Below, in pieces: positions 10,424 through 19,684 of a stretch of 64,000 nt of DNA. The translations under genes and the position numbers were made by a program. The notes below the pieces were generated by a model. That model was not told the origin of the DNA and did no database searches. It saw nothing but the letters and a program-made list of their open reading frames with translations. This stretch comes from Escherichia phage AV111. The number at the start of each line of letters is the position of its first letter. Positions within the stretch are counted from its first letter, which is position 1. The stretch lies in sequence record OR352941.1, one strand, 5' to 3'.

Positions 10424-11514
10424 CGTTATGTTCGATTGAGCTCGCTAATTCTCAACCCGTTCTCTTATGAACTGCTACATATTACTATGCAGACCAGACT
10501 ATATCACAATCCCGGAGGGATTCTCCCCATTTCGAGTCGCTTGACCCTACGTCCGAAGACTAGTCGTTGAACCTTGCTTTGCAATTGTCGCCGTGCCATC
10601 GTTTATATGTTGATGGTGATAAATCTTTCTTATCACAATATGGACAATTCAATTGAATTCTATTTGGATTTAATTTACATCTGTCATTATGTTTTAGATA
10701 AAATCCAGGACCTTTACCAATGTGACCACAGAAATCACATGTGATTTCTTTTTGTGCAGGATGGGTCCCGTTCTTAACCATTTCTAATGTTTTTGCTGAT
10801 GTTCTTTTCTTATGGTCTTCTGATAAGAAATGATGTGAACCGTCATTTACCCGTTTTGATTGAGTTTCTGACTGCATTTTACCACCGCAAAATACATGAG
10901 TACCTTCTTTTATAGCTGCAATATTACGTTCTTTGACTTTTGCAACATGCTCAGCTTGTTGAAAATTATGTATACCTAATGCAACTCTATTTAAATTAGA
11001 TTTACGTTGTATTTCACCACCTAAAAGATGAAATGTACCATTTTCTATCTTAGATTTAATAGAGGCAATATTTTTAGCTCGTACTTCAGGGATATTAAAA
11101 ATCTGGATTTCTCTAGATTTTGCGGCTTTAGAAGCTAATTCAGAAATTTCTTCAGGAGAATATTTCATTCTAAGCTTTATAGCATGACAAGCCTGGTAAT
11201 CTTTTTGAGCTAAATGTATATCATAATGTTCCTGTATAGAAAGGCACATCAAATTATCTAAATCATTATTTTCACGGTTACCGTCTTTATGATGGATTTC
11301 GTATGTTCTTCCATCAGAATCTTTAGGTATAGGTCCGTTAGCATCTATCCAAATTTTTCTATAGTTCAATTGTGCATCCTCTTAAAAGTATAATCATATT
11401 TATATTATACTAATTAAAGGTGCAAGCAAAACCTTGGCTGCTAGTTTTCCTATAAAGGACTTTCCAGCAATTAAAGGAGTTTTCGATAAACGTTACCGTT
11501 TAAAGGCGCATTTT
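10424..11514 (-). mobile_element. group I intron in nrdB (about 1.09 kb) carrying an I-TevIII-like homing endonuclease ORF
   Basis: Exon 1 ends with U (…UUU GCG U), intron ends with G (…CAUAACG); splicing restores codon UGU and the NrdB reading frame. Confidence 0.7.
10560..11369 (-). CDS. intron-encoded HNH homing endonuclease, I-TevIII-like, 269 aa
   Basis: HNH motif region (YEIHHKDGNRENNDLDNLMCLSIQEHYDIH) plus C-terminal Cys-rich zinc finger (CDFCGH ... CPYCDKK); inside the nrdB intron. Confidence 0.8.
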   Translation of the reverse strand: MNYRKIWIDANGPIPKDSDGRTYEIHHKDGNRENNDLDNLMCLSIQEHYDIHLAQKDYQACHAIKLRMKYSPEEISELASKAAKSREIQIFNIPEVRAKNIASIKSKIENGTFHLLGGEIQRKSNLNRVALGIHNFQQAEHVAKVKERNIAAIKEGTHVFCGGKMQSETQSKRVNDGSHHFLSEDHKKRTSAKTLEMVKNGTHPAQKEITCDFCGHIGKGPGFYLKHNDRCKLNPNRIQLNCPYCDKKDLSPSTYKRWHGDNCKARFND

Positions 11515-12190
11515 ACGCAAAAGATACATAAAAACGAATTGCTTCTAAGGCATTAATAACGTGCAAACAGAGGTAAAGAGATTTCATTAGCTCACGCTTC
11601 CAATATGTCTCATGCTCAATAGCATCTTCAATAACGTCTTCGTCTGCATTAATTTCTTTTTGGTATTCGATATCAGCTTTAGCGTTTTCCCAATAACGAG
11701 CTTTAACCAGAACATCATCATAATATCGTCCGATAGATTCGGCACGCTTCATAATAGCTTCATCTAATACAATCTCATCAAACACCTTCGATGGATCTGT
11801 ATAAAGATTTCGCATAATATGAGTATATGAACGAGAGTGAATAGTTTCACTGAAAGTCCATGTAGCAACCCATGTATCTAATGAAGGGTCTGAAAGCAAT
11901 GACATAAGTACCGCAGATGGTGCTCTACCTTGGATAGAATCTAATAATGATTGATACTTAAGGTTGTTGGTAAAGATGTCCTGTTGGAACTGTGGAAGCT
12001 TATTAAACTGGGCCGAATCCAACATCAAGTTTACTTCCTCGGGACGCCAAAAGAACGAGAGCTGCTTTTCGATAAGCTCTTCAAAAACTTTATGACGCTG
12101 AATATCATACCGTGCGAGGCCAAGACCAGAACCAAAGAACATCGGTTCATTCAAAACATCGACTTGTTGTGTGTTAAAAACTGTACTCAT
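11515..12190 (-). CDS. nrdB: ribonucleotide reductase small subunit NrdB, exon 1
   Basis: Class Ia R2 sequence ... ALEAIRFYVSFA; the in-frame stop immediately after is intronic. Confidence 0.8.
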
Positions 12191-12245
12191 TATATTTTCT
12201 CACCTAGTTATTAACTCATCCATGAGTAAATTATAATAAAAAGTC

Positions 12246-13235
12246 TTAAAGCTTACAAGCAGAACAATCTTCTGCTTTAGGTGTTTCTAATTCATAGTCG
12301 TCTGTACCAGACCCATCACGAGTGTTATGATAGTAGAGGTTTTTTCCGCCAAAGTACCAGAAGTAAAGCAGATCGTCAAGCATTACTGACATTGGCACTT
12401 TACCTTTCTCAAATACTGCAGGGTCATAGTAAGTATTAGCAGAAGCAGATTGGCACACCCATTTCAACATGATAGCAACTTGGGTCAAATAAGGTTTATT
12501 ACCTTTCTTAGCAAGTTTCCACGCGTAGTCGTAAAGACTCATGTTATGTTCTATATTAGGAACAACCTGACGGAAGTTGCCTTCTTTAGATTCTTTAATA
12601 CTTACTGGACCACGTGGTGGCTCAATCCCGTTTGTAGAGTTTGATACTTGACTGCTTGACTCACAAGGCATGAGTGCAGACAACGTTGAGTTACGAATTC
12701 CATGTTCTTTGAGTTCAGCTCGAAGTTCTTCCCAGTCACAGACGTAGTTCGGGGCTGCGATTTGGTCAATCTTTTTATTGTACCAGTCGATAGGTAATTC
12801 GCCTCTAGACCATTTAGTGTCTGAATAATACTCGCAACATCCTTTTTCTTTGGCGAGTTTGATTGATGCTTTGATAAGGCCATATTGCAATCTCTCAAAC
12901 AATTCATGAGTCAAATCGTTAGCGTCTTCATATGAAGCAAAGTTAGAAGCTAACCATGCGGCATAGTTCGTCACACCAACACCGAGGTTTCGACGCTTTT
13001 TAGCTTTTAAAGCTTCTGGAACCGGATAATCTTGATAGTCTAACAGGTTATCAAGTGCACGTACTTGTACTTCAGCAAGTTCATTAATTTTATCTTGGTC
13101 TTGCCAATCAAATTTATCTAATACAAAAGCAGATAATGTGCAAAGGCCCACTTCACCTTTGTTTTCAATAACTTGTATTGTTGTATACTCATCATCTTCG
13201 TAAAATTCATCTACAAATTCATAATCAATATTCAT
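12246..13235 (-). CDS. nrdA: ribonucleotide reductase large subunit, C-terminal piece (nrdA-b), 329 aa with about 26 aa novel N-terminal leader
   Basis: From GEVGLCTLSAF onward aligns to the C-terminal third of class Ia NrdA (…NSTLSALMPCESSSQVSNSTNGIEPP…, C-terminal CSACKL). Confidence 0.8.
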   Translation of the reverse strand: MNIDYEFVDEFYEDDEYTTIQVIENKGEVGLCTLSAFVLDKFDWQDQDKINELAEVQVRALDNLLDYQDYPVPEALKAKKRRNLGVGVTNYAAWLASNFASYEDANDLTHELFERLQYGLIKASIKLAKEKGCCEYYSDTKWSRGELPIDWYNKKIDQIAAPNYVCDWEELRAELKEHGIRNSTLSALMPCESSSQVSNSTNGIEPPRGPVSIKESKEGNFRQVVPNIEHNMSLYDYAWKLAKKGNKPYLTQVAIMLKWVCQSASANTYYDPAVFEKGKVPMSVMLDDLLYFWYFGGKNLYYHNTRDGSGTDDYELETPKAEDCSACKL

Positions 13236-13935
13236 TTAATTCTTCTACCTTTTTTCGAGATATTCCTAGAGCTTTAGATGCTCGATGTATTGATTGATAT
13301 TCTATACCGTTTATTTTTACAGCAATTAAGTTATGGGGTTTTAATCCCTTTGGATGAGGTTTACTGACGTATTCTTGATTATCGTTTTCAGAGATATTAT
13401 CAAGCTTTCGACACTTAAAGCCTTTATGTTGAGACCTTTTGCCTTTGCATACGGCCGACATTGCCGAAGCATTGAGTGAATGTAGTTCGCAAAATTCTCT
13501 TAGGCCTTTATGGATTTCTTCATGACCGTCCGGGAAAGTAAATACCCAAGTTGTTTGAAGTTTTTCTCTATGCTCGTCAGTTACCGGAATACCTTTGTTC
13601 CAAGCTGGTTTGCCTTTATTATTTTCAGATACAGAAATAGCCAATTTTCTTCTAAGCCACCCATGGCGTTTATTGGTGTTCTTTCGTTCAATATTATCTT
13701 CAGAATAAACACACATCATATTAGCGGCAAATACCAATTTATGATTATCTGGATATATCTTTACTAATAATTGATGAGCTATGTAATGCTCTTCGGGTGT
13801 CAAATCTACCAGGTTTTCCTTTGTATCAGAACCACCAATACACAGAGGTATAATATGGTGTGATTCGGTATAGCAATCTAATTTTCTGTTCTTAGCTTTA
13901 GAAATAAGGTTATTGTAAATTTTAGAATAATCCAT
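13225..13935 (-). CDS. HNH homing endonuclease (Mob-like), 236 aa, inserted inside nrdA
   Basis: N-terminal Mob-family signature MDYSKIYNNLISKAKNRKL...HHIIPLCIGGSDTKENLVDLTPEEHYIAHQLL; own start, overlaps the nrdA-b start by 11 nt. Confidence 0.8.
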   Translation of the reverse strand: MDYSKIYNNLISKAKNRKLDCYTESHHIIPLCIGGSDTKENLVDLTPEEHYIAHQLLVKIYPDNHKLVFAANMMCVYSEDNIERKNTNKRHGWLRRKLAISVSENNKGKPAWNKGIPVTDEHREKLQTTWVFTFPDGHEEIHKGLREFCELHSLNASAMSAVCKGKRSQHKGFKCRKLDNISENDNQEYVSKPHPKGLKPHNLIAVKINGIEYQSIHRASKALGISRKKVEELNEY

Positions 13936-13980
13936 AACTTTTCCTCTTGTTATGGATTATTTATTAACGGCCTGTGTACT

Positions 13981-15405
13981 TTATTTGCTTTGAATTATAC
14001 CGCCAGGATTAGCTTCATAAAACTTAGCTACATCCGACTTCTTAATTTTGATTAAACGGGTTTGTTGGCTATTCACATCATTAGTTGGAATAGCGATTTC
14101 ACAACATAAGTTACTTTGACGAATTGGAGCTTTTTCACGAATAAATGGAGTGTAGTTATTCGTGTTATCAACAAACTGCGGATAAATTCGAGCAGTGCCA
14201 GAACGTTCAGTCATGAACAATTCAAAGAGTTCTAGTGCTTTGATTCTTTTCTTTCTGATTGTTGGGTCTTTTTCAGCTTTCTCATAAAGCTCATGGAATT
14301 TATCTTGATCTTCAAAGAACGAGTAGTATAGTTCGCCTGACATTTCGTGAGGGCTAAATAAAGTAATATAATCATTTTTACCAAGGCGTTCCATCATAAG
14401 GTCATTAATCTGAATTCCGTAGTCCATATGTCGAATACGGTTTTCATCTACGCCTTTGTTATTTTTCAGAACTAATAGGTTCTCTACTTCTAAGTGCCAC
14501 ATTGGATAATACGCTGTAGCAGCACCACCACGAATACCACCTTGAGAACAAGATTTTACTGCAGTTTGGAAATGTTTCCAGAATGGAATAACACCCGTAT
14601 GTCGAACTTCACCCATACCGATCTTAGAACCTTCTGCACGAAGCATACCAACGTTGATACCGATACCAGCTCGTTTAGAAATATATTCAATAATTGATGC
14701 TGAAGTTTTGTTAATAGATTTTAACGAATCACCGGCTTCAATAACTACACAACTAGAGAACTGGCGAGTCGGAGTACGAGCACCTGCCATAATTGGAGTA
14801 GGCAATGAAACTTGATGAGTAGAAACGGCATCATAAAAACGAATAATATGTTTCAAACGGTTATGAGTTTCGTCTTGGTGTAAGGCCATACCAATAGCCA
14901 TGATAGCAAACTGGGGAGTTTCATAAATCTTCCCAGTTGTTTTATCTTTAACTAGATATTTTTCTTTAAGCTGCATAGCACCAGCATAAGTCAGGTCAAA
15001 GTCTCGGTCATGTTTAATCTGTGAATCGAGATAAATGATTTCTTCTGCTGAATATTGAGACAACAGCTCAGGGTCATATTTGCCTTCATTAACACAGTAA
15101 GAAATATGGTCGATAAAAGCAGGCGGTTCAAACTGCCCGTATACATCTTTACGAAGTGCAAACATTAGCCCTTTGGCGGCGACATACTGATAATCAGGTT
15201 CTTCGACAGAAATCAAGTTAGCTGCAACTTTAATACAAATCTTCTGAATATCTTTGGTGCTCATCCCATCGACAAGATGGGTCTTAATTTCTTCGTACAA
15301 TTCATATGGGTCAATTTGTGTTCCTTCACATTGCCAAGTTAAGACTTTAATAATTTTCTGTGCATCAAAATTTTGGGATACACCACTGCTCTTATTTACT
15401 TGCAT
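13981..15405 (-). CDS. nrdA: ribonucleotide reductase large subunit, N-terminal piece (nrdA-a), 474 aa with about 29 aa novel C-terminal tail
   Basis: ATP-cone/R1 N-terminus through the active-site strand NLCCEIAIPTNDVN, then diverges and stops. Confidence 0.8.
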   Translation of the reverse strand: MQVNKSSGVSQNFDAQKIIKVLTWQCEGTQIDPYELYEEIKTHLVDGMSTKDIQKICIKVAANLISVEEPDYQYVAAKGLMFALRKDVYGQFEPPAFIDHISYCVNEGKYDPELLSQYSAEEIIYLDSQIKHDRDFDLTYAGAMQLKEKYLVKDKTTGKIYETPQFAIMAIGMALHQDETHNRLKHIIRFYDAVSTHQVSLPTPIMAGARTPTRQFSSCVVIEAGDSLKSINKTSASIIEYISKRAGIGINVGMLRAEGSKIGMGEVRHTGVIPFWKHFQTAVKSCSQGGIRGGAATAYYPMWHLEVENLLVLKNNKGVDENRIRHMDYGIQINDLMMERLGKNDYITLFSPHEMSGELYYSFFEDQDKFHELYEKAEKDPTIRKKRIKALELFELFMTERSGTARIYPQFVDNTNNYTPFIREKAPIRQSNLCCEIAIPTNDVNSQQTRLIKIKKSDVAKFYEANPGGIIQSK

Positions 15406-15492
15406 ATATTCCTCAGTATAGGTTGATAGACATTACTCCAAACGGGATAGTATTTATCCCGTTAATTTATTATACACTTTTAAACTGAAGCG

Positions 15493-15747
15493 TTAATTAT
15501 CCTCAGCAATAATTTCTTCGTATTCTTTAGGTGTCAAGACTGTGATATCGAAATAAACCAACGGTTCTTTTTCCATACCGTAACCACCACAGAATTCACG
15601 ATATTCATAAATTCGTTCATGTGAATAACAAATGAATCGTTCACCTTTAACTGTGATTTCACTATTCGGTGAAGGGATATCCAGTTCGGTAGGATTTTTC
15701 ATTTCAAAAATTGTGGTGCCATATGAATTAATAAAACGTAAAATCAT
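15493..15747 (-). CDS. hypothetical protein, 84 aa (nrdA.1 position)
   Basis: ORF track. Confidence 0.5.
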   Translation of the reverse strand: MILRFINSYGTTIFEMKNPTELDIPSPNSEITVKGERFICYSHERIYEYREFCGGYGMEKEPLVYFDITVLTPKEYEEIIAEDN

Positions 15748-15748
15748 T

Positions 15749-16609
15749 TTATACCGCCATTTTAGCTTTGATAGCTGGATGAGATTCGTAATTTTTAAGA
15801 ACGAAATCAGAATGTGTCATCGTTCCAGTAACCCAGTCCATTTGGATTTTTGTAGGCCAATTCTCAAAATTACTAGGCCAATTAATTTCAAGAGAACATA
15901 ACTCTTTAGGTTCACGACGAAGAACTTCTTTGCATTGTTCTACATGATTGCTGTAGATATGCGTGTTGCCGCCTGAGAACACTAAATCACCTGGAATAAG
16001 GTTACACATCTTCGCTACAATATGCGTTAAGGCAGCGTACGAGGCGATGTTGAACGGCAGGCCCAAGAAAACATCTACACTGCGTTGATACCATTGTAAA
16101 TCAAGATGTCCATTACGCACATTAAATTGATAGAACATATGACAAGGAGGAAGAGCCATTTGGTCAATTTCGGCTGGGTTCCATGCAGAAACTATTTGAC
16201 GACGATCATTAGGAAGAGCTTTAATACGGTCGATAGTTTTGACCAATTGGTCTACACCACCAAAATCACGCCATTGCTTACCATAAATAGGACCAAGTTC
16301 GCCGCTATGATATCCAAGGTCTTTTGCCTGATTTTCATAGTTGTCGTCCCAAATAGTTTTACCTTCAATTAGACTGCCATGAGTACGAATACGCAAATCA
16401 TTAACATTGGTAGAACCAGACATGAACCACAGTAACTCGGCAATACAAGCTTTCCATGCTAATTTCTTAGTTGTTACTGCAGGGAATCCTTTAGTCAGAT
16501 CCCATCGTAATTTAGTTCCGAACAGAGCAATAGTGCCGGTACCTGTACGGTCGTCTGTTTCGTAGCCATTTTCTAAGATATCTTTAATCAGGTATTGGTA
16601 TTGTTTCAT
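15749..16609 (-). CDS. td: thymidylate synthase, 286 aa, uninterrupted
   Basis: Canonical TS sequence as one continuous ORF. Confidence 0.9.
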   Translation of the reverse strand: MKQYQYLIKDILENGYETDDRTGTGTIALFGTKLRWDLTKGFPAVTTKKLAWKACIAELLWFMSGSTNVNDLRIRTHGSLIEGKTIWDDNYENQAKDLGYHSGELGPIYGKQWRDFGGVDQLVKTIDRIKALPNDRRQIVSAWNPAEIDQMALPPCHMFYQFNVRNGHLDLQWYQRSVDVFLGLPFNIASYAALTHIVAKMCNLIPGDLVFSGGNTHIYSNHVEQCKEVLRREPKELCSLEINWPSNFENWPTKIQMDWVTGTMTHSDFVLKNYESHPAIKAKMAV

Positions 16610-17193
16610 TTATAAACGCTCTCAGTAATTTCGGTGAGTTCATCGATTCTGTAGTAATGAGATTCTACCATAGAACGTTGAAGCATAATATCTTGGACGA
16701 AATCTTTATCAAGTTGAACATCAGAATTAACACGACATTTCTTAATGATTTTAGTCATCACGATTTCATCGGCATAAGGCAGTGCTTGTTTTAATAGAGC
16801 AGGGCCACCAATAACAGATACATCAACATGTTCAGTAGAAAGTTTAAACGGTACGTCAGTTGCAGGGCTAAACAGGTTAATTTCACCACCCATTACCAAG
16901 GTAATAAATTCAGATTGGGCGATATAGAACCGTGCAAGTTCGTTGGTTTTGGTCCTAGGCAGTTTTCTGGCCATATCAGTGACAACCACATGAGTACGAT
17001 CTGGGAGTAGACGAGGTAATGATGCAAAAGTCTTAGCACCCATAACCATTACAGTGTTTTTAGTGCGAGCAACAAAGTTACTCATATCTTGTTTGATATG
17101 CTTCCATGGAAGTCCATCACCTAATCCAAAAGCATATTCCAGTTTATCATCAACTGTTTTAGTCGGAGCACATGCGAATACTAATTTAAGCAT
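16606..17193 (-). CDS. frd: dihydrofolate reductase, 195 aa
   Basis: DHFR motifs (GLGDGLPW, VIGGPALL, C-terminal ESVYK) matching T4 Frd. Confidence 0.85.
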   Translation of the reverse strand: MLKLVFACAPTKTVDDKLEYAFGLGDGLPWKHIKQDMSNFVARTKNTVMVMGAKTFASLPRLLPDRTHVVVTDMARKLPRTKTNELARFYIAQSEFITLVMGGEINLFSPATDVPFKLSTEHVDVSVIGGPALLKQALPYADEIVMTKIIKKCRVNSDVQLDKDFVQDIMLQRSMVESHYYRIDELTEITESVYK

Positions 17194-17195
17194 TT

Positions 17196-17459
17196 TTATT
17201 TCCTCAGATTTTTCTTAACAACTTTCCAATCAGCTTTAAACGATTCAACATCAGAGTGGTGAATCCAGAATCCTGCACTTTCACCATCTTCGTAGAGTGG
17301 ACATCCATCACATTCTTCGTTCCAACCCATTTCACGTAAAGCTTCTTCAGCTTGTTCAAGGAGTTCAGCGTCTTTACCAACGATGTTGAAGTACCATTTA
17401 CCTCTAACTTCAGAATCTTTGATGCTCTGGCGTTGCAATCTCATTTTATTCTCCTTCAC
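17196..17459 (-). CDS. hypothetical protein, 87 aa (frd.1 position)
   Basis: ORF track. Confidence 0.5.
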   Translation of the reverse strand: MKENKMRLQRQSIKDSEVRGKWYFNIVGKDAELLEQAEEALREMGWNEECDGCPLYEDGESAGFWIHHSDVESFKADWKVVKKNLRK

Positions 17460-17473
17460 TTTTATTTGATAGG

Positions 17474-17505
17474 GCTACTATAACATAACCCTATCTGATT
17501 GTACA
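17474..17505 (-). promoter_or_regulatory. T4-type early promoter (variant -35 TGTACA), -10 flanked by GATAGGG / CCCTATC inverted repeat
   Basis: plus-strand ctactataac 17474-17483, tgtaca 17500-17505. Confidence 0.4.
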
Positions 17506-17898
17506 CTACTTTTTAAAGGTTTTTTGCAAAAGTTCGATGATTTCGTCGACGTTGGTTTCATCTACGATACAATGGATTTTTGTTACACCTAAAGCTATAC
17601 CTTCGTTAGTAGGTTGAGGCTTTACTAAATCTACCTCAGTAAAGTATTTGAACTCGTCAGGATAAATCTCAAAATAAGTTTCAATTCCACCAGAGTCAGA
17701 ACATACAGTACCATCTTCCATAGTTACACTTACTACGTTTGGCGTATCGCTATCATAATCAGGTTCCATTCTGTTTACAACAAAACTAGGCCCGTGGAGT
17801 TCAATCAATTTTAACATCTTAGCATTATTGTGTGGTGCTTCTTGAACAAAGTCGTCTTTAAATAAAGGGTTAATGATATAAGATTTTCCGATTTCCAT
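17506..17898 (-). CDS. hypothetical protein, 130 aa
   Basis: ORF track. Confidence 0.5.
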   Translation of the reverse strand: MEIGKSYIINPLFKDDFVQEAPHNNAKMLKLIELHGPSFVVNRMEPDYDSDTPNVVSVTMEDGTVCSDSGGIETYFEIYPDEFKYFTEVDLVKPQPTNEGIALGVTKIHCIVDETNVDEIIELLQKTFKK

Positions 17899-17928
17899 TT
17901 TGATTTCCTCATGTTGTTGATAGGTCTA

Positions 17929-17966
17929 TACTAACACATCCAGGGAAGAAGTAAACAACCTTTTCA
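17929..17966 (-). promoter_or_regulatory. T4-type early promoter
   Basis: plus-strand gtaaac 17961-17966; taggtctatactaacac 17930-17946. Confidence 0.45.
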
Positions 17967-17985
17967 GTAATTTACAGATACTCAA

Positions 17986-18008
17986 AAGGGAGACCGAAGT
18001 CTCCCGAT
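17986..18008 (-). terminator. intrinsic terminator 3' of gene 32 (GGGAGAC-UUCG-GUCUCCC + U-rich)
   Basis: gggagaccgaagtctccc at 17988-18005, directly after the gene 32 stop. Confidence 0.55.
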
Positions 18009-18011
18009 TTA

Positions 18012-18914
18012 TTATAGACCGGCTAACAGATCATCGAGGTCGCCATCATCAGAGGATGAGGTAGAGCTCATGAAGTCATCTTCAGTTTTTGCAGAACTAA
18101 AGGCTTCCATGTCTTTATCAAAATCGTCGAGGTCAGAAGCAACTTTATCTGCAACAGAAGCTGCGGCAGCTGCTGCACCACCAAGAGCGGCAGTACCAAG
18201 AACCTTAGCGAAAGATTCATTTAATTTTTCAAAGGATTTGAACTGGTCTTTAGCTGTCAAAGTAGTAAGGTCTACCATCTGGTCATATAGTTCTTTCTGG
18301 AATGCTTCGTCATTAATACGAGGAATTTCAGATTGACCCAAGAATTTAGATTCGTCATAGTTGCTAAAACCAGAAACCTGCTTAGCTTTCAGAACGAAGT
18401 TAGCACCTTCAAACGGACAAGTAACATCAACTGGAGTTTCACCCATTTCGGTATCAACTGCAATCATTGCATTGATTTTGTCCCAAATCTTTTTACCGAA
18501 ACGATATTTAAATACTTTACCTTCGTTATCTGGAGCTTGAGGGTCTTTAACAACCAGAATATTAGCCCAATAAGAAGTTTTACGTTTCAGTTGAGAATAT
18601 TCATTTTTGTTGGTATTGTACAGGTCATTTTTACTAATGTACTGACATACAGGACAAGAGTCGTAATCACCGTGTGTAGAAGAGCAATTTTCAATATACC
18701 ATTTACCATTTTTCTTGAAACCGTGGTTAACAAGAATTGCAAATGGAAGTGCGTCATCTGTTTTTGCCGGCAGGAAACGAATTACCGCTTGACCATTACC
18801 GGATGCATCGAGTTTCAGCTTCCATTCACCTTTCTCTTCTGAAGAGAAACCTTTGTTACCATTCAGTTTAGCCATTTGAGCAGCGAGGTCAGCAGTAGAT
18901 TTACGTTTAAACAT
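18012..18914 (-). CDS. 32: single-stranded DNA-binding protein gp32, 300 aa
   Basis: [26 protein letters not shown]... near-identical to T4 gp32 as recalled; acidic C-terminus. Confidence 0.95.
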   Translation of the reverse strand: MFKRKSTADLAAQMAKLNGNKGFSSEEKGEWKLKLDASGNGQAVIRFLPAKTDDALPFAILVNHGFKKNGKWYIENCSSTHGDYDSCPVCQYISKNDLYNTNKNEYSQLKRKTSYWANILVVKDPQAPDNEGKVFKYRFGKKIWDKINAMIAVDTEMGETPVDVTCPFEGANFVLKAKQVSGFSNYDESKFLGQSEIPRINDEAFQKELYDQMVDLTTLTAKDQFKSFEKLNESFAKVLGTAALGGAAAAAASVADKVASDLDDFDKDMEAFSSAKTEDDFMSSTSSSDDGDLDDLLAGL

Positions 18915-18993
18915 TATATTTACCTTTATTTAGATTATTTAATTTATTTACAGTTGGTTGCTACGACACTTATACCTCGTAGCTGGTATGTTT

Positions 18994-19001
18994 TATTTAT
19001 A
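18994..19001 (-). promoter_or_regulatory. possible late promoter TATAAATA (minus strand) upstream of gene 32
   Basis: plus-strand tatttata at 18994-19001 in the 59-32 intergenic gap. Confidence 0.3.
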
Positions 19002-19030
19002 AAGTAATTTTAACACACAAGAAATAAAGC

Positions 19031-19684
19031 TTAATACTTACATGATTTGATTGTTTCTATGAACAATTTCTTAGCAGCATTTCCATCGATTTGAAGTATT
19101 TTTCGATATGCCTTTAATTTGGTAGAATAATTTTGCCAGACTAAATTGTCGGTAAGTTCGTCATGCTTATCTATAATATTCAAGAATGAATCTAACAACA
19201 AAAAGGTTTCAAATGAAATTATATTGCTTTGTAGCAATTTAAATATGTAGCTCGACTGAACTTTATTATTATAATCAAATATCTCTTGAAGCGCACTAAC
19301 TTCCACTTTCTTACTGAAATAGTAGATGTTACGTACGTCTTCAGCAAACGTCTCCTTGGCTTGTTTGAGACGTCCAATATATTCCCTATAGAAAACTAAT
19401 GCATCAGCGTCTGATATCTCACCAATCCATGCGTCTTGGTTAGCAACTAAGTTGCTTATGAATATCAAGGTGAGTTCCTTCAATTTATATTTCTCTGCTA
19501 GTTTTTCAAAGAAATATTTATCTCGGCGTTTTTGATACGCGTTATCCGAAACACGCATGCACCAGTTATATTTGATTACGTCATACCGACCACCAAAATG
19601 GTTTTTGCACATCAAGTATAGTTTATATACCGATTTTCCATTAATATAACGTTCTCCATCAGGAGGCATGCGTATTTTAATCAT
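19031..19684 (-). CDS. 59: helicase loader gp59, 217 aa
   Basis: Length and position (between 33 and 32) as in T4. Confidence 0.8.
   Translation of the reverse strand: MIKIRMPPDGERYINGKSVYKLYLMCKNHFGGRYDVIKYNWCMRVSDNAYQKRRDKYFFEKLAEKYKLKELTLIFISNLVANQDAWIGEISDADALVFYREYIGRLKQAKETFAEDVRNIYYFSKKVEVSALQEIFDYNNKVQSSYIFKLLQSNIISFETFLLLDSFLNIIDKHDELTDNLVWQNYSTKLKAYRKILQIDGNAAKKLFIETIKSCKY

Noticed and set aside
13160-14070. Group I intron as the explanation for the nrdA interruption
   Set aside because: Not excluded, but the HNH ORF fills nearly all the space between the two nrdA pieces and both pieces have their own stop or start and extra terminal peptides; a split gene is the more economical reading. 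Kept as the stated alternative in the finding.
15441-15464. Hairpin AACGGGA...TCCCGTT upstream of nrdA, and a possible promoter around 15465..15485
   Set aside because: -35 and -10 candidates are only 5 nt apart, so no promoter call was made; the hairpin alone is not enough to assign a function.
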